In this document: in pieces, positions 33,773-34,073 of the stretch
Position numbering within the stretch: position 1 is the stretch's first letter
How the letters are laid out: every line of letters starts with the position of its first letter
Assembly: GCF_001194135.2 (NCBI RefSeq)
Contig: NC_068981.1
Coordinates: 110,440,757 to 110,474,829, forward strand
Reading direction: 5' to 3'
Source: Octopus bimaculoides
Taxonomy: Eukaryota
Length of the DNA: 34,073 nt
Notes under the pieces: generated by a model
Told to the model about the DNA's origin: nothing
The model's database searches: none
Seen by the model: the letters and a program-made list of their open reading frames with translations, nothing else
Translations under genes and position numbers: made by a program

Positions 33773-34073
33773 TGCTACTGGTTCAAATCTTCCCGACACA
33801 CAGGAGCTGGAAGTACCCCACAACCGGAATATTCCAACAGATGGCCATCCATGCTCGTCATCAAATAACCAAAAGAAAAAGATTGAAAAATGGTCTAGGG
33901 AAGATAATAAAGAAGTTCTTACAGCCTTCTACCATGCCATATATTTCCCTACAGATAAATCTAATAATGCAGATATTGACAAAGCCCTTACCCACCAATG
34001 GTTAATGGCCTCTGACTTGAAATCAGAAACAGAGGGGTTTATCATAGCAGCCCAAGATCAATGCCTACCTACA
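33771..34073 (+). pseudogene. R4/Dong-type ORF fragment with apparent internal deletion (runs off window)
   Basis: Open frame TATGSNLP..KWSREDNKEVLTAFYHAI..ADIDKALTHQWLMASDLKSETEGFIIAAQDQCLPT. An N-terminal WSRE motif is joined directly to the pre-zinc-knuckle motif LK.ETEG.I.AAQDQ. Confidence 0.7.

Overview
Repeat-saturated eukaryotic DNA with 12 N-gaps. The SINE and LINE families look like those of an octopod cephalopod (inference from recalled repeat families, not from a search). I could not support any host protein-coding gene, rRNA, tRNA gene or CRISPR array. The window is a stack of decayed transposons: three RTE-clade LINE families, several L1/Tx1-clade LINE copies, two R4/Dong-type fragments, a Penelope GIY-YIG fragment, mariner, maT (DD37D) and hAT remnants, two tRNA-like SINE families, three long inverted-repeat elements and many microsatellites. 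Four observations stand out. (1) A full-length RTE (14041-17963, 10-bp TSD) begins exactly at the predicted cleavage site of an HDV-like ribozyme fold. (2) An RTE copy (389-3204, 11-bp TSD) has twin-priming 5' inversion geometry with templated junction patches. (3) Two different Tx1 3' ends join the same nucleotide of a SINE within a recurrent SINE/Tx1-tail composite, suggesting SINE-targeted or SINE-carrying Tx1 LINEs. (4) An R4/Dong ORF next to a (TAA)n tract appears to have lost its RT in frame.
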